DNA of 64,000 nucleotides from Oculina patagonica (taxonomy: Eukaryota). The position numbers and the translations under genes are program-made. The notes below the pieces were generated by a model. It saw only the letters and a list, made by a program, of their open reading frames with translations, did not search any database and was not told the origin of the DNA. Below, piece by piece: positions 47,693-59,002 of the stretch. Location of the stretch: contig NC_135770.1 in the NCBI RefSeq assembly GCF_052425735.1, positions 21,328,001 to 21,392,000 on the forward strand. The letters run 5' to 3'. The first letter of the stretch is position 1; each line of letters starts with the position of its first letter.

Positions 47693-49226
47693 ATTCTTGG
47701 CTTGCACGTGACGTCAGAGATGTTTCCATATTTGGGTATCCACCATATTGGTGTTCCACCGCGGGTGAAATTTACATATGTTTATATGCCATCGCTGTTG
47801 AATTACTCGAAATTTCAATGGATTCTCCGGAAAACGAACGTGTTCCTACAATAGATGAGCTTTGTAGTACGATTCCAGTATTATCTGAGTATTGCAGAAA
47901 ACTCGACGACCACGTTAAACGAAGATATTTAGAAAAAATCGGCGAGGTTGGAGTCGATCCGGTCACTATTCCCGATGAGCAGTTTATGGTAAATAAAGGT
48001 GACGGGCCTACACGACTCCTACGTTCGTGACATTTGTACCTTTGCCGCTCTATATTAAGTTCGTTCTTTCGACCTTATTTGCTTCTTACTTTTTTCTGAG
48101 GGTACTATTTTTATTTGGAGGCATTATGTATTGAATATAGCCGTAAGATTGTGGCCAAGAAAGTGTCTAGAGGTCATTGCGCTGCGTGCTTTCCGTTTGT
48201 AGAGTTGAATGACACCTCTAAATCTGTACTCTGCCACATCTTGTGCTAGTTCAGTTTGTTTTTTGCTAAATTCGATTTGCAAGATATGTTTTAGGCTCTC
48301 AAAATGTTCGCCCTGGGAGGACAAGATCTGAAATGTTCCGTGAAAATGTAAACTACTTGCATTTTATTGACGCCGGGCCCGGCATTTTAATCAATACTGT
48401 TGCAAGATGTATTGTCTTATCACGGATAATCTTGGTCCGGCTTCGCCAGAGACTGTTTCAGCTTTACTATGAAAAAGCTGAAAGTTGGTTTCAGAGAGAC
48501 CTTCTGTATTGTTAAGTCTCTACTTCTTGCATTATTTTGATCGAGTGCTCTGTCTTTTTAGCTCGATGTTTAGGATTTTTTACCTCCCTTGTTCGTTGCG
48601 TTACGTTAGCACCACATGATTCAAATAGAGATTTGAAATCTTTCACGCGCAAGTCTTTTGACTATTTTGCGTTTTGTTTATGCCAGTGTATGGTTCAGTT
48701 CAGGCAAGACCATGGTTTTGATCCTCCGTGTGGATCTCATCAGTTATTTGGTTTTCTTTAGTAAATAAAGGTGACGGGCCTACACGACTCCTACGTTCGT
48801 GACATTTGTACATTTGCCGTTCTATGTTAAATTCGGTCTTTCGGTCCCACGAAAAGGCTGCGGCTCCAGAATAAAAATGCTGATCACAAACCCTATCGTT
48901 ACTTAAGATTTTTTTCTGTGAGGTCATCGCGGCTTATTGCTGAGATCCATCCTCGCCTTCGCTCAATGCTAAGCTCTTCAACTTCTGGGCCCTGATTCGC
49001 CACAACTCAGTAGTGATCGATACAATCGTATTCTCTTATCTCGACCAGTTTTTCTAGAACAACCCACGATCAGGATAGGCATTTTGAGGACGCGAAACTG
49101 GAAAAAACTCGACTGAACACTTGTGTTTGTGACTGGCATCCGTCCGCCATATTGGTATTTGGAACACCATCATGGCGGACGGAAGTCACACGTAGTCCGG
49201 AAGTCACGTGAGTGCAAGCCAAGAAT
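47693..49226. mobile_element. Internally deleted ISL2EU/Harbinger-group DNA transposon with convergent gene remnants
   Basis: Perfect 16-bp inverted ends aattcttggcttgcac / gtgcaagccaagaatt. Minus-strand THAP-like N-terminus from ~49082 (MPI.LIVGCS...[10 protein letters not shown]...RVCDQHF, frameshifted). Plus-strand remnant at 47818 (SEYCRKLDDHVKRRYLEKIGEVGVDP) resembles the start of the second gene of such elements. Confidence 0.7.
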
Positions 49227-49387
49227 TCAGGATGTCGCACTAACCAACCTTTGATAAATTTGGCTGTAAAGGAACTTTGTCACGGATCTTAGCCAAATTT
49301 AGGCATTGGAAATGGTCACCAAATTCGGTGAAATGTAAAAATAACCGCTTAAAATACTGAAGGAACATTTCAATAACACAGCAAATA

Positions 49388-49883
49388 CAGTAGAACCCCG
49401 GTAACTCGAACTCGGATAACTCGAACAACCCCGATAACTCGAACTAACTTCCATTTCCCTTGGATTTGACCCCACTTTTCAGTCATTTTTACTCGGTTAA
49501 CTCGAACTCGGATAACTCGAAAACCCCGCTAACTCGAACTAAATTTCGTTTCCCTTGAACAAAATTTGGGTCAAATTTACCCCGATAACTCGAATTCCGG
49601 TTTTTACAACTCGCCACGGTTGCCCATTGATTAGAGCAACGAACAGATAACGTATTTGACAGTCATTTTCTACTCTTATCATAAGAATGTATGGTCGTGT
49701 TAGAGTTTCTGACAAGATAAGTTCAATTTGCACTGTACTGTTTACTGAAGTGCTGAAAAATCAGTAAACTATCAATTATTAACTTGGCAAATTAAATATT
49801 CAATCGACCCCGATAACTCGAAACCCCGCTAACTCGAACTGTTTTTCGTTTCCCTTCAGAGTTCGAGTTACCGGGGTTCTACT
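49388..49883. mobile_element. pogo/Tigger-like MITE with perfect TIRs and TA TSD
   Basis: ta|cagtagaaccccggtaactcgaactc ... gagttcgagttaccggggttctactg|ta, with internal taactcga repeats. Confidence 0.9.
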
Positions 49884-50061
49884 GTACAAAAGAGGGTACG
49901 GATGGACAAAAGTGAAGAAGATTAAAACGGATTGCGAAACGACTTTTTGAAAAACTGTTAGGCTGAACAGTTTTCAAAGTTAATCTCGTTTGCTTGTAAC
50001 TTTAAATTTTAACGCCCGGGAGACATATTTGGTTGTCATGATGCTGTGGTTCTGTCATTTA

Positions 50062-50352
50062 ATAATAATAATTTATAATAATAATAATTTATTTCTAGTG
50101 CATTACATTAAAAATCTCAATGCCCTTACAAGTAAAAATATTTAAAATTACAATAGGATAAAAATACTAAATTCTTAAAATCTAAAGTTCATTAAAAATA
50201 CTAAAATTCATATAAAATACTAAAATTCATTAAAAAAGGCAAGAAAAAAAAATACTAAAGATCATTATTGAATAAAAACGTTTTAAGCTTGGTTTTAAAA
50301 GTGTCAACCGATGGAGCACTTCTCACATCAAGCGGGAGACTGTTCCACAATG
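50062..50352 (-). mobile_element. L2-like LINE 3' end
   Basis: Minus strand reads LWNSLPLDVRSAPSVDTFKTKLKTFLF, followed by an AT-rich UTR and (TAT/AAT)n tail. Confidence 0.7.
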
Positions 50353-50379
50353 TTAGAAAAAATTGTTAATGTTCCAAAA

Positions 50380-51600
50380 TGACGCTAAATGGCGGTATAA
50401 AACTGCTCCGACGTTTCGGCAATACTGCCTTCTTCAGGGTGGCACGAAGAAATAACGAGTCCGTTATTTGTAGTCGTGTGCCGTTTTGAAAATGTTTTGA
50501 AAATGTTCCTGGCACGCGCCAAAAAATTGCGCGCGCGTGTGTGTAATTTATATGAATGAAAAGTCGCGATTCATCCCGTGGGGAGCGAGCGTTTGAAACT
50601 TGAAGACTTGTCTCATCTCCTCTCGTTGGCGGACGTCTTTCTTTGATAGCCCTGATTTGAGTATGGCGACCCGAGCGTCATCAAGAGAGTGGCCTGGGCT
50701 GTTAAAATGAAACGCTACAGGCAAGTCATTCCTCTTGTGAATAACGTCGAGGCGGTGTTCTCGAAAGCGGTCAGCCAATCTGCGGCCTGTCTCCCCGATG
50801 TAGACTGTCGCAGGGCATTTACGGCACGAAATACAATAAATGACGTTATCTGTGGTGCATGTAAAATGCCCTGTGATCTTGATTTGTCCTCCTGGTGATG
50901 GGACTGAGGCGGACTGGTTGATGTGGGAGCAAGTACGGCAGATGGTACGACCGCAGGGGAAGGTGCCCGGTTCTTGCTCTGGTTGCGCTTGAAAGTCGCA
51001 ATGAACTAACAGGTCCCTCAGGTTATTGGCCCGTCTGTAAGCCTTTAGAGGCGGTTGCGAAAAGATGAGTTTGGTGGAATCATCATCTGCCAAGATGTTA
51101 TGGTTGCGGCTTAATATGTTACTGACGGGCGTGTTCTTGGGATGATATGTTGTGACCATTGGCACTCTGTTAGTCGCGGTCTGGTTTGTGTTCTTTCCAG
51201 CCAATAGAAGAGCTCTTGGTGTAGAAGCTGCCTTACGTCTGCCCTGCCGCACAAGTTGAACAGGATAACCACGCGCGAAGAAGGAAGACTCCATTTGGGT
51301 GGCTGATTCTTTGAAATCGTCGTCCTCGCTGCAGATTTTCCGCAATCGTAAAAATTGGCTTGTTGGTATAGCCGCTTTACACTTGAAGGGATGCGACGAC
51401 TTGAAGTTGAGGTAAGAGTGGCTATCTGTTTCTTTGTAGTATATCGAAGTTGCGATGCGGTCATCACGAGGTGTTAGGTAAATGTCCAAGAACGGGAGTT
51501 TAGCAGAGGAGATTGACCATGTATACTCAAGTTTCGGATGGTAGTTTGAGGCGAAGGTAAGAAACTGTTCAAGGTCACAATGTTGGCGCGCAAGATGAAA
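50380..51600 (-). mobile_element. 5'-truncated Penelope-like retroelement (RT thumb, Cys linker, GIY-YIG; Neptune-like)
   Basis: Uninterrupted ORF portion ~51580-50548: LPFLDI, IYYKETDSHSYLNFKSSHP, SQFLRLRKICS, PCGRTICRTC, NVIYCISC..VYIGETGRRLADRFREH, TLAPHGMN. Confidence 0.92.
50405..50443 (-). ncRNA. Hammerhead ribozyme motif downstream of the Penelope ORF
   Basis: Minus strand reads gccacc-CTGAAGA-a-ggca-gtat-tgcc-GAAAC-GTC-ggagc: perfect stem II, intact core, imperfect stem I. Confidence 0.7.
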
Positions 51601-52405
51601 AAGCGCGCCCACCGTAATTCTTGGTCTTAAAGACTGGTCTCTGCAGTCGCAGGTGATCAGAAGAAGAAGAGTAGAAGTAATTGCTTTGCAAGCATTAAGT
51701 TTCATAGCGAGTATTTGGCACAACTAACCTTAAAACTGCTGTGACACAGTCCCTTTAATAAAGCATTGAACACAGACGTCCACAATGGCCAAAAAAGACG
51801 TTCTTTACTCATCTGACTCTCCGATCAGCCTGATGTATGTCATGTATATTCTTAGCATGTTCTTAAAATTTGGCCAATCACAGCCTCAACGTTCTTATAA
51901 AAAGTGTATCCGAGACGATTTTTATTGAGAATCAGATAATCATATGGCTTTTTGTTTAATCCATTGCTACGTCAAGGAAACTACTTGATATTCTATTTTT
52001 TGCCTGAGCTCTATTGGCGCAGATGCCCTCCATTTTGCATTGATTGTTCCACTTCAAACTCTGGCCAAGAATTGAGAGTTTGTCTTAAAGAACTGTTTTT
52101 TTTTTAATGGTTGAATAGTCTTCTTTTCTCAAGTTTTATTTTCCAACACCGAATGACTAATTTTGGTATTTTTGACTAATGACTAATTTTGGTATTTTTT
52201 TTTACCGAATGACTAGTTTTCCCCAGTATCAAAAGTTGTCCCAAATATCTCAAAATTACCCCTTTAAACGTTTAACCCCAAACACCCACAATGTAAATCC
52301 TTACAACAAGGTATATTTGTCATCTTCGATCGCTCTGTGTAGTGTCTTCAACCTTGTGTTAAATTTAAAAATAGAGATGGCAGAAATAAGCATAGTTAAT
52401 AAAGG

Positions 52406-52579
52406 CAATGGCGGATCTAGTGGAGGGGCTCGTGGGGCCCGGGCCCTTACCTTATTTTTAAGCCAATCTGAGGACTGAAGAGCCGGAAACAAAATATTTT
52501 GGAGAATGGCTCCCCCTTTTTTTCCAGGGTCTGAATGATCGGTTCCCCCACTTACCTGAAGGTGTGGATCCGCCACTGT
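52406..52579. mobile_element. Short GC-rich MITE
   Basis: caatggcggatct / ggatccgccactg inverted ends. Confidence 0.6.
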
Positions 52580-52985
52580 AAGGCAAGGTAGCTCGATACT
52601 TAGTTTCTTTATTCCAACTCGTGGCACAGACATGCTTCGCATCTTTCGGTTGCTATTTAATTTATGTTGACAACTACGGGGCCCGTCATGTACAACTTTA
52701 ATGTTCACTAAAAGCATGGTGAAAGAAAACTGTATCATCCGGGTATGCTACAGCCACAACAACAGGGACTTCTTCTGGGATCGATATCTCGACTGCTTAG
52801 GGCGTTTCTCGATTTCAGTGCGGAAATATTTTGGAGGCACAAACACAATAATAGCTTTTACTTCAGCTTTACGCCATACGTTTGTATTTTGGTCAGTTCA
52901 CTCTGCAACATTTCTGATCAAAACTGCAGATTTCGTGGATCTAGCATTAGGAATGATTCTCTATATTTACCTTGGTGACATAGGC

Positions 52986-53577
52986 CTAAGTTTCGAGTAT
53001 ACTTAGACCTATCTTCCGTTCCTCGCTATTCTCATTACATTGCAGGGCATTATTCAGTGCAGCACCCTCGTCGTCAGGAAGATCCTTGTTGACGTTACCT
53101 ACTGTGGCTGGGTCCTCGAGCCCAATATCCTTGCAGTGGACCTCAATCCCCACTCCCTGCCTGGGGTACTGTTGGCAGATCTCCCGATATTCTCCAAGCC
53201 GCTTGTCAAGGAGCTCGTAAGGCATGTCGTTAATGTAGCCGCACTTTCCCAGGCCTTTAGGAACTGGTGCTACCAGGTTACCAGCCCGCTTTTCGATCAC
53301 GCTTTCCTGGACTCTATACAGTGTCTCTGTGTTCTCCATTGGATGCCACAGAGACAATTCCAAGTCGCTCAGCAGCTTCAAAATGCGATTCAGGTCATGC
53401 TCTGTAATCCATCTGTTACAGAAAGAAAGATAAGCGCCGAAGCCCATGCCAGTCGCTACAGCATGACCGTGGAGCATTCCCGAAGCGAGCTCGTAACCAG
53501 CGCTCCACGTATGACCATACGCGTGCGGTCGGCATTGGTGGGTCTCCCATATGTTGCTGTACTCGGATCTCATGTAA
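52986..53577 (-). CDS. Exon encoding the C-terminal half of a demethyl-4-deoxygadusol synthase (DDGS/MysA-type, 3-dehydroquinate-synthase-like sugar phosphate cyclase); partial, possibly a pseudo-exon
   Basis: Acceptor ttttcactgcag at 53578. Protein YMRSEYSNIWETHQCRPHAYGHTWSAGYEL...MLHGHAVATGMG...KRAGNLVAPVP...YPRQGVG. YGHTWS and HGHA are DDGS-type metal-binding motifs (EEVS/DHQS have HGEA). No upstream exons are recognisable in the window. Confidence 0.8.
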
Positions 53578-53614
53578 CTGCAGTGAAAACAAACAAGTTT
53601 TAAAATGCGTTTAA

Positions 53615-53963
53615 AGAAACTGTGTCACGGATTTTAGCCAAATTTAGAAATAGTTAATGACTATCAAAAAATTCGGTAAAATAAAAAAGAAATAACCTCA
53701 TAAAACAGTGAAGGAACATTCCACTAACACAGCAAATACAAAAGAAGGTACGGATGGCCAAAAGTGAGGAACATTGAAACGGATTGCAATATCGGTTTTT
53801 GAAATATTGTTGGGCTGAACAGTTTTCAAAGTAAGTCTCTTTTGCTTGTAACTTTAATTGTAACGCCGGGGAGAAACCTTTGGTTGCAATGAAGCTATGG
53901 TTTTGTCATTTGGATCCATAGGAGTAATTTCTTTGCAAACAACACAGCCGTGACACAGTCCCT
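53615..53963. mobile_element. Kolobok-like MITE (intact copy of the family split at 49271-51753)
   Basis: ttaa|agaaactgtgtcacgg ... ccgtgacacagtccct|ttta. The interior matches 49271-49387 and 49884-50060. Confidence 0.75.
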
Positions 53964-54085
53964 TTTATGTTAAATTACAATGGAGAGTTGCATAAACAAC
54001 GAGTTTCACATGCACAAAACGAAACCAATTGAAGCGTAAATTGCCAAGAAGATATATAAAAAATAGGTCACCAAGGGTGACATGA

Positions 54086-55379
54086 GTCTAATGCCGTATG
54101 GCATAGTGATACAGATTGCGCGGTTTTCGTAAGCCGGTTAAAATTGGTTAGAGGTTTGTGTTCGGGAGTTTAATTTAAAATGCTTATAGCAAGCTAGGGG
54201 CATCGTGGATGATTATGGATGAAAACGAAACAGTCATAAATGTTAAATGCTTCACAAAATTTAAAGTATGAACAGGAGTTGATGTTACTTCTTCCGTATT
54301 GTCCGTAAAAGCAGAAACGATTAAACATTTGGACAAGATTGCGTGACGATTTACAAAAAGCATGTTCATTACAACAAGGGTTGAAGAACTTCACATCGTT
54401 TTCTTTCAGATTTTTCACCATTTTGATGATGACTCTTGAAACAGATTTTGCAATAAAAGCACTTGAAATAGTGACTGTTGCTCCATTGTACTGTAAGCAC
54501 TTAGTGACAGATTTTCCTAAAAACGGGTGTAATGCTCACGTCAATATAATGATGACCTTTTGAACGCTGGAAACTAGGCAATTATTATCGAGCTACCATA
54601 CACAGGAGAGAAGACTGTTTATCATGATGTACAAATTTCGCGAATCATCACTTCCATATCAATGTAACCATTTTATGATTTTTCTAGCTGTAAGAAGAAC
54701 TTAAGATCTCTGAGAGTCGTGAAAGCATGAAATTCGATTTCAGTGTATGGCAAAGGCCGGGACAGTGTAATACTGCAAAGCGGCCAAACAAACGCATTTT
54801 GATTTAGTCGCGTAACTTGATTTACATTTATCCATGTACATTTTTTATTTTTGAAGGTTTTTGTTTGCACTGTAAAGAAAAAATTGGTCAAAATTCGAAT
54901 GACTTAAAAACAAAATTCGAGGTAAAGTTTTCTATTTTTTAAAACAAAATAAATATTTGGTCGCATTGTGTAAATAAACGCGAGTCGCCGTCGAAATATT
55001 TTTTCTCAAAGACGTCTTGCTTTTTAAGCAAGACGAAAACACAAGTGCTTAACTGAACTGAAAACGAAGATTTATTTTCACAAAAAGCTTACAAATGTCT
55101 TAACTGGAAAATTATTACGTCCTGTTCAAGTGTTGAATAATCGTGACTTGAGAAAGAACTTTTAATTATGCGTGGGAACACGTGTCGCTGATTGGCTGTT
55201 TTTAATTGAAACTAATCGTGCGTGTCCGTACGGAGTCCGTTCTTGCAGCTGATCATTGTTTTCTACATTACAGCGAACGATTATCGATCCCGAACCATTC
55301 CCTTGGGATTGCTAACAGCTTTTCTCATATAACAAAGAGTCTAATGCGCATGCGCAAAGCGCACGCAAGCATTAGACTC
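54086..55379. mobile_element. Putative non-autonomous DNA transposon with GAG...CTC termini
   Basis: gagtctaatgc at 54086 / gcattagactc ending at 55379, next to the gap. Confidence 0.45.
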
Positions 55380-55879
55380 NNNNNNNNNNNNNNNNNNNNN
55401 NNNNNNNNNNNNNNNNNNNNNNNNNNNNNNNNNNNNNNNNNNNNNNNNNNNNNNNNNNNNNNNNNNNNNNNNNNNNNNNNNNNNNNNNNNNNNNNNNNNN
55501 NNNNNNNNNNNNNNNNNNNNNNNNNNNNNNNNNNNNNNNNNNNNNNNNNNNNNNNNNNNNNNNNNNNNNNNNNNNNNNNNNNNNNNNNNNNNNNNNNNNN
55601 NNNNNNNNNNNNNNNNNNNNNNNNNNNNNNNNNNNNNNNNNNNNNNNNNNNNNNNNNNNNNNNNNNNNNNNNNNNNNNNNNNNNNNNNNNNNNNNNNNNN
55701 NNNNNNNNNNNNNNNNNNNNNNNNNNNNNNNNNNNNNNNNNNNNNNNNNNNNNNNNNNNNNNNNNNNNNNNNNNNNNNNNNNNNNNNNNNNNNNNNNNNN
55801 NNNNNNNNNNNNNNNNNNNNNNNNNNNNNNNNNNNNNNNNNNNNNNNNNNNNNNNNNNNNNNNNNNNNNNNNNNNNNNN
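55380..55879. other. Assembly gap (500 N placeholder)
   Basis: Exactly 500 N. Confidence 1.
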
Positions 55880-56270
55880 AGGTGCAAGTGATTATGGATT
55901 AAGGGCAAGTTCCACATTTATAAACAAGCTGAACAATTTTACTTCGAACAATTGTATCTTCGAAGTAATCTGGCTGATAAGGAAAATTAAGTCCCTTTTC
56001 AATCTGAAGGACAAAAACGTGGTTTACGAAGGCAATTGTGACTGTGGTGCCAAGTATGAAAACGAAACACAAAGAAATTTCAGCGTTCGGATTGATGAAC
56101 ATTTTGCACCACCATGGTCTCAGAACCTGCGAGACATCCACTTGAATTCACGGGGCACTCATTCACTTGGAATATAACCACCAGGCAACACAACTGGTGA
56201 AAACGCAAGATCTGGAGGCTTTGTTTATCGCTTTAAGAAAGCCAGAGCCAAACAAAAAGTTGCCGGCTCA
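55880..56270 (+). mobile_element. Degenerate Penelope-like GIY-YIG fragment
   Basis: RKIKSLFNLKDK.NVVYEGNCDCGAKY..ETQRNFSVRIDEH...LEALFIALRKP, with frameshifts. Confidence 0.7.
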
Positions 56271-56414
56271 TCCAATTCTTAAGCTTACTGTTGCGTTGAG
56301 CAACACAGTTTACACGTTACGATCTGTCGGCCCGATTTGGCCCAGATTTGATTACATAACTATTCAAAGTGGCTATGAGCCACTGAACTCGGAAAAATTA
56401 ATCATGAAAGGGTG

Positions 56415-56750
56415 AATGTTGAGGCCACTGAGAACAGAGTTTTCATTTAATCACTTGCCACTGGGTCATTGTCAGTATAGTTGAACATCTTTAATGAGCA
56501 CTTCCTGGGGGGGGGGGGGGGGGGTGGGAGTCCACAAGTTCTTCAAGACCTCCCGGGGGTTTGAGATAACAAGAGAACATAGCCATAATATAATTGGCAA
56601 CACATGAACAAAAGGTAAGTTTCTGATATTTAATGGGAACAGGAATCATCAAAATTGACAAAATGCTCCTTTAAAGAGGTTCAACTGTACTGCCAATGAC
56701 CCAGTGAAAAGTGAATTAATGGAAAGTCTGTTCTCAGTGACCTCAACATT
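56415..56750. mobile_element. Palindromic MITE with a second MITE nested at its centre
   Basis: Outer ~60-bp IR aatgttgaggccactgagaacaga...cactgggtcatt / aatgacccagtg...tctgttctcagtgacctcaacatt. Inner IR tagttgaacatctttaa / tttaaagaggttcaactgta. Confidence 0.65.
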
Positions 56751-57785
56751 AAGAGGCTCTGTGTTGACATAAGCCTATTACCTGGAACATAATTTTTTGT
56801 TAATTATTAGGCGTGCACATAATGAATTAGTGTTCTTGTAGCTTTTTCGCAATCTTGTCCAAAGAGCATTATAGAGTATAAAATGAACAAGTTTTACCCT
56901 AATAGCAACAAATATTTATTTAACTCTGTTAAAATACTTTACAAATAATAATTTACAAAATTGAATAGATTGGTGTCATGTTGTCTGGGTGAGTGAAAGG
57001 GACAAAAATTGACATTGACATTGTGTTGAACACTGCGTTGTCTTATTAATTCCATTGGAATAATGTACATGTCGCACATGCAAATAAAAATAATCAAGCC
57101 AACATGTATAATACATTTGTAATAATTTATCAATGTACATGTAATTCTCCAGTTTTATTCCATGAAGTTTACCATATGACTGACTCGTTCTGCAGGCAAT
57201 GTCCAGAAAGGCTTCCAAGGTGTTGCAACTTCAATATTACTACAAGTATCTCAGCTGGTGTCAAAGTTTTACTTGGATAAATGCAGTGTTCATTTGGTTC
57301 CATACATGTTGATCAAAGAATAAACTGTTGCACCTGAAATGAGAAAAATCATGTACAGCTACACTAAAAAAAATGGCGAATCGCTGAGTTCAGTAAGGTT
57401 TAGTGCACGTCGTTTGTCAGGTGACCTTACGAGCACTTCCGACCATACCCGATAACAAACATTTAAATATTTTAACAGTTAGCTTACCTATGATGGTTCC
57501 CAAAGCAAAACCATAAATAATTCCACTCTTCACAAATGATGTGAGTCCATTCGTATAGCTTGTGTACTTTTGTTCAAGCGAAGCTGAGCGAAGCCACAAA
57601 ATCGAGCTCTCCAACAAACACTAGACCACTCTCGAATCGAACGTCCATACACTTAACAGATCCACAAATGAAAAACGCTGCCACTAAAGCAAATCGCAAA
57701 TGGTAAGTTAACCGTGTCACGTCGCCTAAACAACGAGCTTTTTCCCAGGTTTTCGTAACTGCTGGAACGTTTATGACACTTATGC

Positions 57786-57946
57786 TGGATTTCCACTGAC
57801 GCGTAATTTTTTACGTGCGTGAAAAAATTTAGAGGCAATGTATAAACGACTTCCGCACACGTTTACGCAAGCCGTTCATACATTGTCTCTAAATTTTTTC
57901 ACGAACGTAAACGCACGTAAAAATTTACGCGTCAGTGAAAATCCAC
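57786..57946. mobile_element. Palindromic MITE
   Basis: tggatttccactgacgcgtaattttttacgtgcgt / acgcacgtaaaaatttacgcgtcagtgaaaatcca. Confidence 0.7.
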
Positions 57947-59002
57947 CTTTAGTTGAGTCCGCTGTGGTAGCGAAAGCCAAAAATTTGATTTTCCATCAGT
58001 CTCTGCATCTCCTTTTCATTTTTGAGACTACAAAAGTGTATTTCGATCATGGATGGAACGTCGTTTACTTATCTCGGACATCTTGGTGTTTACCATTGGA
58101 GGCCATTTTGGAAATGAATATTTGCTTTGTCAAGTCTTATGCGCATGCGTTTAGCACAAAATTCCTTGTGCTTGGGTATTACGCCTTTAGAAGAATGCGT
58201 ACCACAAGGAGAGCATTGGGTTTTGAGAAACAAATATATAGCCTCTGTGTTCTTCATGATAAGTAACACAGGTAGGGTTGGCATTTTACCCAACCCCCTA
58301 GCCCCTTCACAAGATTAATTGATTAATTCAATTTGATAATTAATTAATTATTCAATTAAAATGTTTAACAGGAATCGAGTGAGGGAGTGAAGGAGTTAAA
58401 TCGGCCCCATCACCAAAACTCGGAATTTTCCGAGTTAAAAATGAGTGCGCATTTAAAAATCGGCCCTATTTCTTAAAAATATATTTATAGTGTCAAAAAT
58501 TTTTAAAATCGGGCTGATCAGTCATCCCTTCAATTTGAATAGGCAAACAAAAGCCGGGCCACGAATCGCAGCGTGTAAATTTGCTTGGAACAAATCGGGC
58601 CGACAAATCGTAACGAATAAACCGGCCTTCACCCTTTTCGACTAACAATTAAAAAAATGAAAATATTTACACGATGGTATTATTAATTTTTGTATTTACA
58701 AGCAGTTTAGTCTCACATTTCCTTAGCAACAAGACAAATACATCGTTAGATAATCTGAAAGTGCCTCTAATTATCTGGTTTCACATCAAGACTCAAATTA
58801 AAAGATGACGCCTAGTGAATTCTAAGCTAAAAAGACAAAAAGCTGTACAAAGTGTTTCTTGGGATGTAATTACCCCTTACAGATTGTTACGCCAAAAAGT
58901 TTTTTTTCTTCTCAATTTTGAATCATTTTGAACTGCTCCGTTAGCCTTAAAATGGCTCAGCTACTTCTACATGTAATTATTTAGTAAAATAATTTTCTTC
59001 GA

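Noticed and set aside
51580-51723. N-terminal part of the 391-aa Penelope ORF
   Set aside because: It runs out of the truncated element into flanking MITE sequence; not part of the RT.
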